Shown piece by piece: positions 62,019-64,000 of a DNA stretch of 64,000 nt. The translations under genes were made by a program, and so were the position numbers. How positions within the stretch are numbered: the stretch's first letter is position 1; every line of letters starts with the position of its first letter. The notes beneath the pieces were generated by a model. It was not told where the DNA came from. It saw only the letters and a list, made by a program, of their open reading frames with translations, and searched no databases. The DNA comes from a virus: IMG/VR virus record IMGVR_UViG_3300027782_000040; one strand, 5' to 3'.

Positions 62019-63478
62019 TGGCGGATCAAAAAATATCACAATTAAATGAAGTTACATCACCAAATTCAAGTGATGTTTTACCGATAGTAAACGGTGGAGA
62101 AACCAAAAAAATAACGGTTGCCAACTTGGCAGTTGCGGGTTCATCGGGTACATCAGGTTCTAATGGTTCTTCGGGTACAAGTGGAACTAGCGGATTAAAC
62201 GGTACCAATGGTAGTTCGGGTTCTAACGGAACCAATGGTTCATCAGGCACATCGGGGTCAAATGGTTCTTCAGGTTCTAATGGTAGTTCGGGTTCTTCAG
62301 GAGTTTCAACTTTAATAATATCTTCAGACACACAACCAACGGGAAAACCAACGGGTTCTTTATGGTTCAATACAAACGACGGTACAACTTACATATATTA
62401 TCAAGATATTAACGGAACCAATTGGGTTCCAACAAACCCAACATTAGCGGGTTCAAGTGGTTCATCGGGAACTAGTGGTGTAAATGGAACATCGGGTTCT
62501 AATGGTACATCAGGGACAAGTGGAACATCAGGTTATGTGGATAACGATTGGTTATATTTTAGACCATCAACAACGACAGTACCAACTACAGGTAATAAAT
62601 TTATTTTATCAGGTACAACAACAAGTAACGGTTCAGTTTCATATAATAGTAGTACTGGTATTTTTACACTTGATGCAAATAAAACATATAATTTGAATGC
62701 ATCGTTCGCACTTGCAAATAGTGTTAGTAATGCTGAATTAAATTATTGTTGGATTAATGTAACCAGTGGAAATAACACAATAAGTAATACAGGTGGTGTA
62801 TTGGTAAATTATAGTGTCTCACCTGCGGCTTGGCAACCAGTAGCGGATACAATTATCACCACAACAGGAATTACCCAAGTTGCAATTAGTTGTCCTTTTA
62901 GTAATTCAACAGGTGGTTTACAAACTGCAATGTGTTATGTTGATATTAAACAAATAAATGGATGGTCAGGAAGTAGTGGAACATCAGGTTCAAACGGTAG
63001 TTCAGGAACTAGTGGAAGTAGTGGTTTAACTGGTTCATCAGGAACAAGTGGTGTAACAGGTTCTTCAGGAACATCGGGTTCGTCAGGAACAAGTCCCGCA
63101 AATGTTACATTAAAAACAACGGGGTCGTGGACGTTACCAACTGGTACCACCACACAAAGTTTTACAGTTGAGTCGGGTGCTTCATATACAATGTGGGTGA
63201 ATGGTAATATTCCAAATGGTATTATAACGTGGAACGCAACTGTAACAACAGCAAATACAAATGTTCCGGCAGTTGGTTCTCAATATGGTTGGTATTACAC
63301 CACAGGTAATGCATTAGTTTTAACTGCAATGCCTGACCAAATTGTGGGAACGAGTGGTAGTATTGTAAATACACCAACATCATATGCACCAAATACTTCA
63401 AATGTATTTAAGTTTGGTATAACAAACAATAGCGGAACATCACAAACAATTAATTACGGTTACATAAAACTATCATAA
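62018..63478 (+). CDS. Collagen-like fibre protein with beta-sandwich (C1q/BclA-like) domains
   Basis: MADQKISQL N-terminus, GSLWFNTNDG module, YNSSTGIFTL domain. Confidence 0.75.
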   Translation: MADQKISQLNEVTSPNSSDVLPIVNGGETKKITVANLAVAGSSGTSGSNGSSGTSGTSGLNGTNGSSGSNGTNGSSGTSGSNGSSGSNGSSGSSGVSTLIISSDTQPTGKPTGSLWFNTNDGTTYIYYQDINGTNWVPTNPTLAGSSGSSGTSGVNGTSGSNGTSGTSGTSGYVDNDWLYFRPSTTTVPTTGNKFILSGTTTSNGSVSYNSSTGIFTLDANKTYNLNASFALANSVSNAELNYCWINVTSGNNTISNTGGVLVNYSVSPAAWQPVADTIITTTGITQVAISCPFSNSTGGLQTAMCYVDIKQINGWSGSSGTSGSNGSSGTSGSSGLTGSSGTSGVTGSSGTSGSSGTSPANVTLKTTGSWTLPTGTTTQSFTVESGASYTMWVNGNIPNGIITWNATVTTANTNVPAVGSQYGWYYTTGNALVLTAMPDQIVGTSGSIVNTPTSYAPNTSNVFKFGITNNSGTSQTINYGYIKLS

Positions 63479-63509
63479 TAAAAATATATAAAGAAAAAAA
63501 TAAAATAAA

Positions 63510-64000
63510 ATGTCTTTAACCTTTCCCTACCCAGTTTCATCAGGTACAACATTTCAATCAGGAGATTCACCTGTTTACATATATAACGGTTTATATTGGA
63601 CAATAGATAAAACCAATCGTTCCACATCAGGAACAAGTGGATTAAGTGGTTCTTCGGGTACTTCAGGTGCTCAGGGTCCGGCAGGTGAAACTTTAACGGT
63701 TCTTGGTGTATATCCATCATATAGTGGTTTAACAGGTTTAACACCAACAAACTTGGATACATACATAGTTCAAGATACAAGTCATTTATGGATTTATAAC
63801 CCATCTTCACCATCAGCAAATGGTATAGGTTGGGTTGATATGGGACAAATACAAGGACCAAAAGGAGATAGTGGAACATCAGGGTCAAGTGGGTCTAACG
63901 GTTCTTCAGGAACATCAGGATCATCAGGTGGAACGGGTTCTTCTGGTTCAAGTGGGTCATCGGGAACTAGTGGATCAAGCGGAAGTTCAGGTTCCAACGG
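63510..64000 (+). CDS. Collagen-like fibre protein, truncated at window end
   Basis: MSLTFPYPVSSGTTF...GTSGAQGPAG...GWVDMGQIQGPKGDSGTSGSS. Open to the end of the window. Confidence 0.8.
   Translation, partial: MSLTFPYPVSSGTTFQSGDSPVYIYNGLYWTIDKTNRSTSGTSGLSGSSGTSGAQGPAGETLTVLGVYPSYSGLTGLTPTNLDTYIVQDTSHLWIYNPSSPSANGIGWVDMGQIQGPKGDSGTSGSSGSNGSSGTSGSSGGTGSSGSSGSSGTSGSSGSSGSN

Larger units (their letters stand above)
51286..64000 (+). repeat. Multiple interspersed Gly-X-Y coding repeat tracts (GSN GTD GSS GTS)
   Basis: Tracts in five fibre genes, built from 9/27/36-nt degenerate units. Confidence 0.9.

Noticed and set aside
51136-64000. Diversity-generating retroelement acting on fibre genes
   Set aside because: No reverse transcriptase is present. 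Shared modules differ at synonymous sites generally rather than only at adenines.

Overview
This AT-rich, gene-dense window is almost entirely on the + strand and looks like part of a large (jumbo-type) contractile-tailed phage genome read in the standard genetic code. The host is probably Bacteroidota: starts lack Shine-Dalgarno sequences, there is a TAnnTTTG promoter, ClpP and Hc1 are Bacteroidota-type, and SprB-like repeats are present. Layout: 3' end of a ribonucleotide reductase (1-116). Baseplate and tail structural block (0.3-27.3 kb). Replication/recombination block (27.3-37.6 kb) with RuvC-like, primase, PD-(D/E)XK exonuclease, SbcD split by a homing endonuclease, an inserted R-M pair, SbcC and ClpP. 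Sigma factor, lysis-like and probable internal-head genes (37.7-45.1 kb). Hc1, Dam, NusG, AAA ATPase, thioredoxin and glutaredoxin (45.6-51.1 kb). An array of proline-free Gly-X-Y fibre genes (51.1 kb to the end). The five most notable observations are: (1) a dispersed [S/T]-G-x-T motif saturating many virion proteins but not enzymes, a candidate modification sequon; (2) an sbcD gene fractured without intron or intein, whose halves carry complementary acidic/basic tags; (3) a start-less 83-codon frame reachable by slippage on an A10 run at the end of a membrane protein next to the amidase; (4) a modular fibre system with recurring terminal docking-like motifs; (5) a TATTTAT late-promoter motif. 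All family assignments come from manual motif recognition, not database searches, and all counts are manual.
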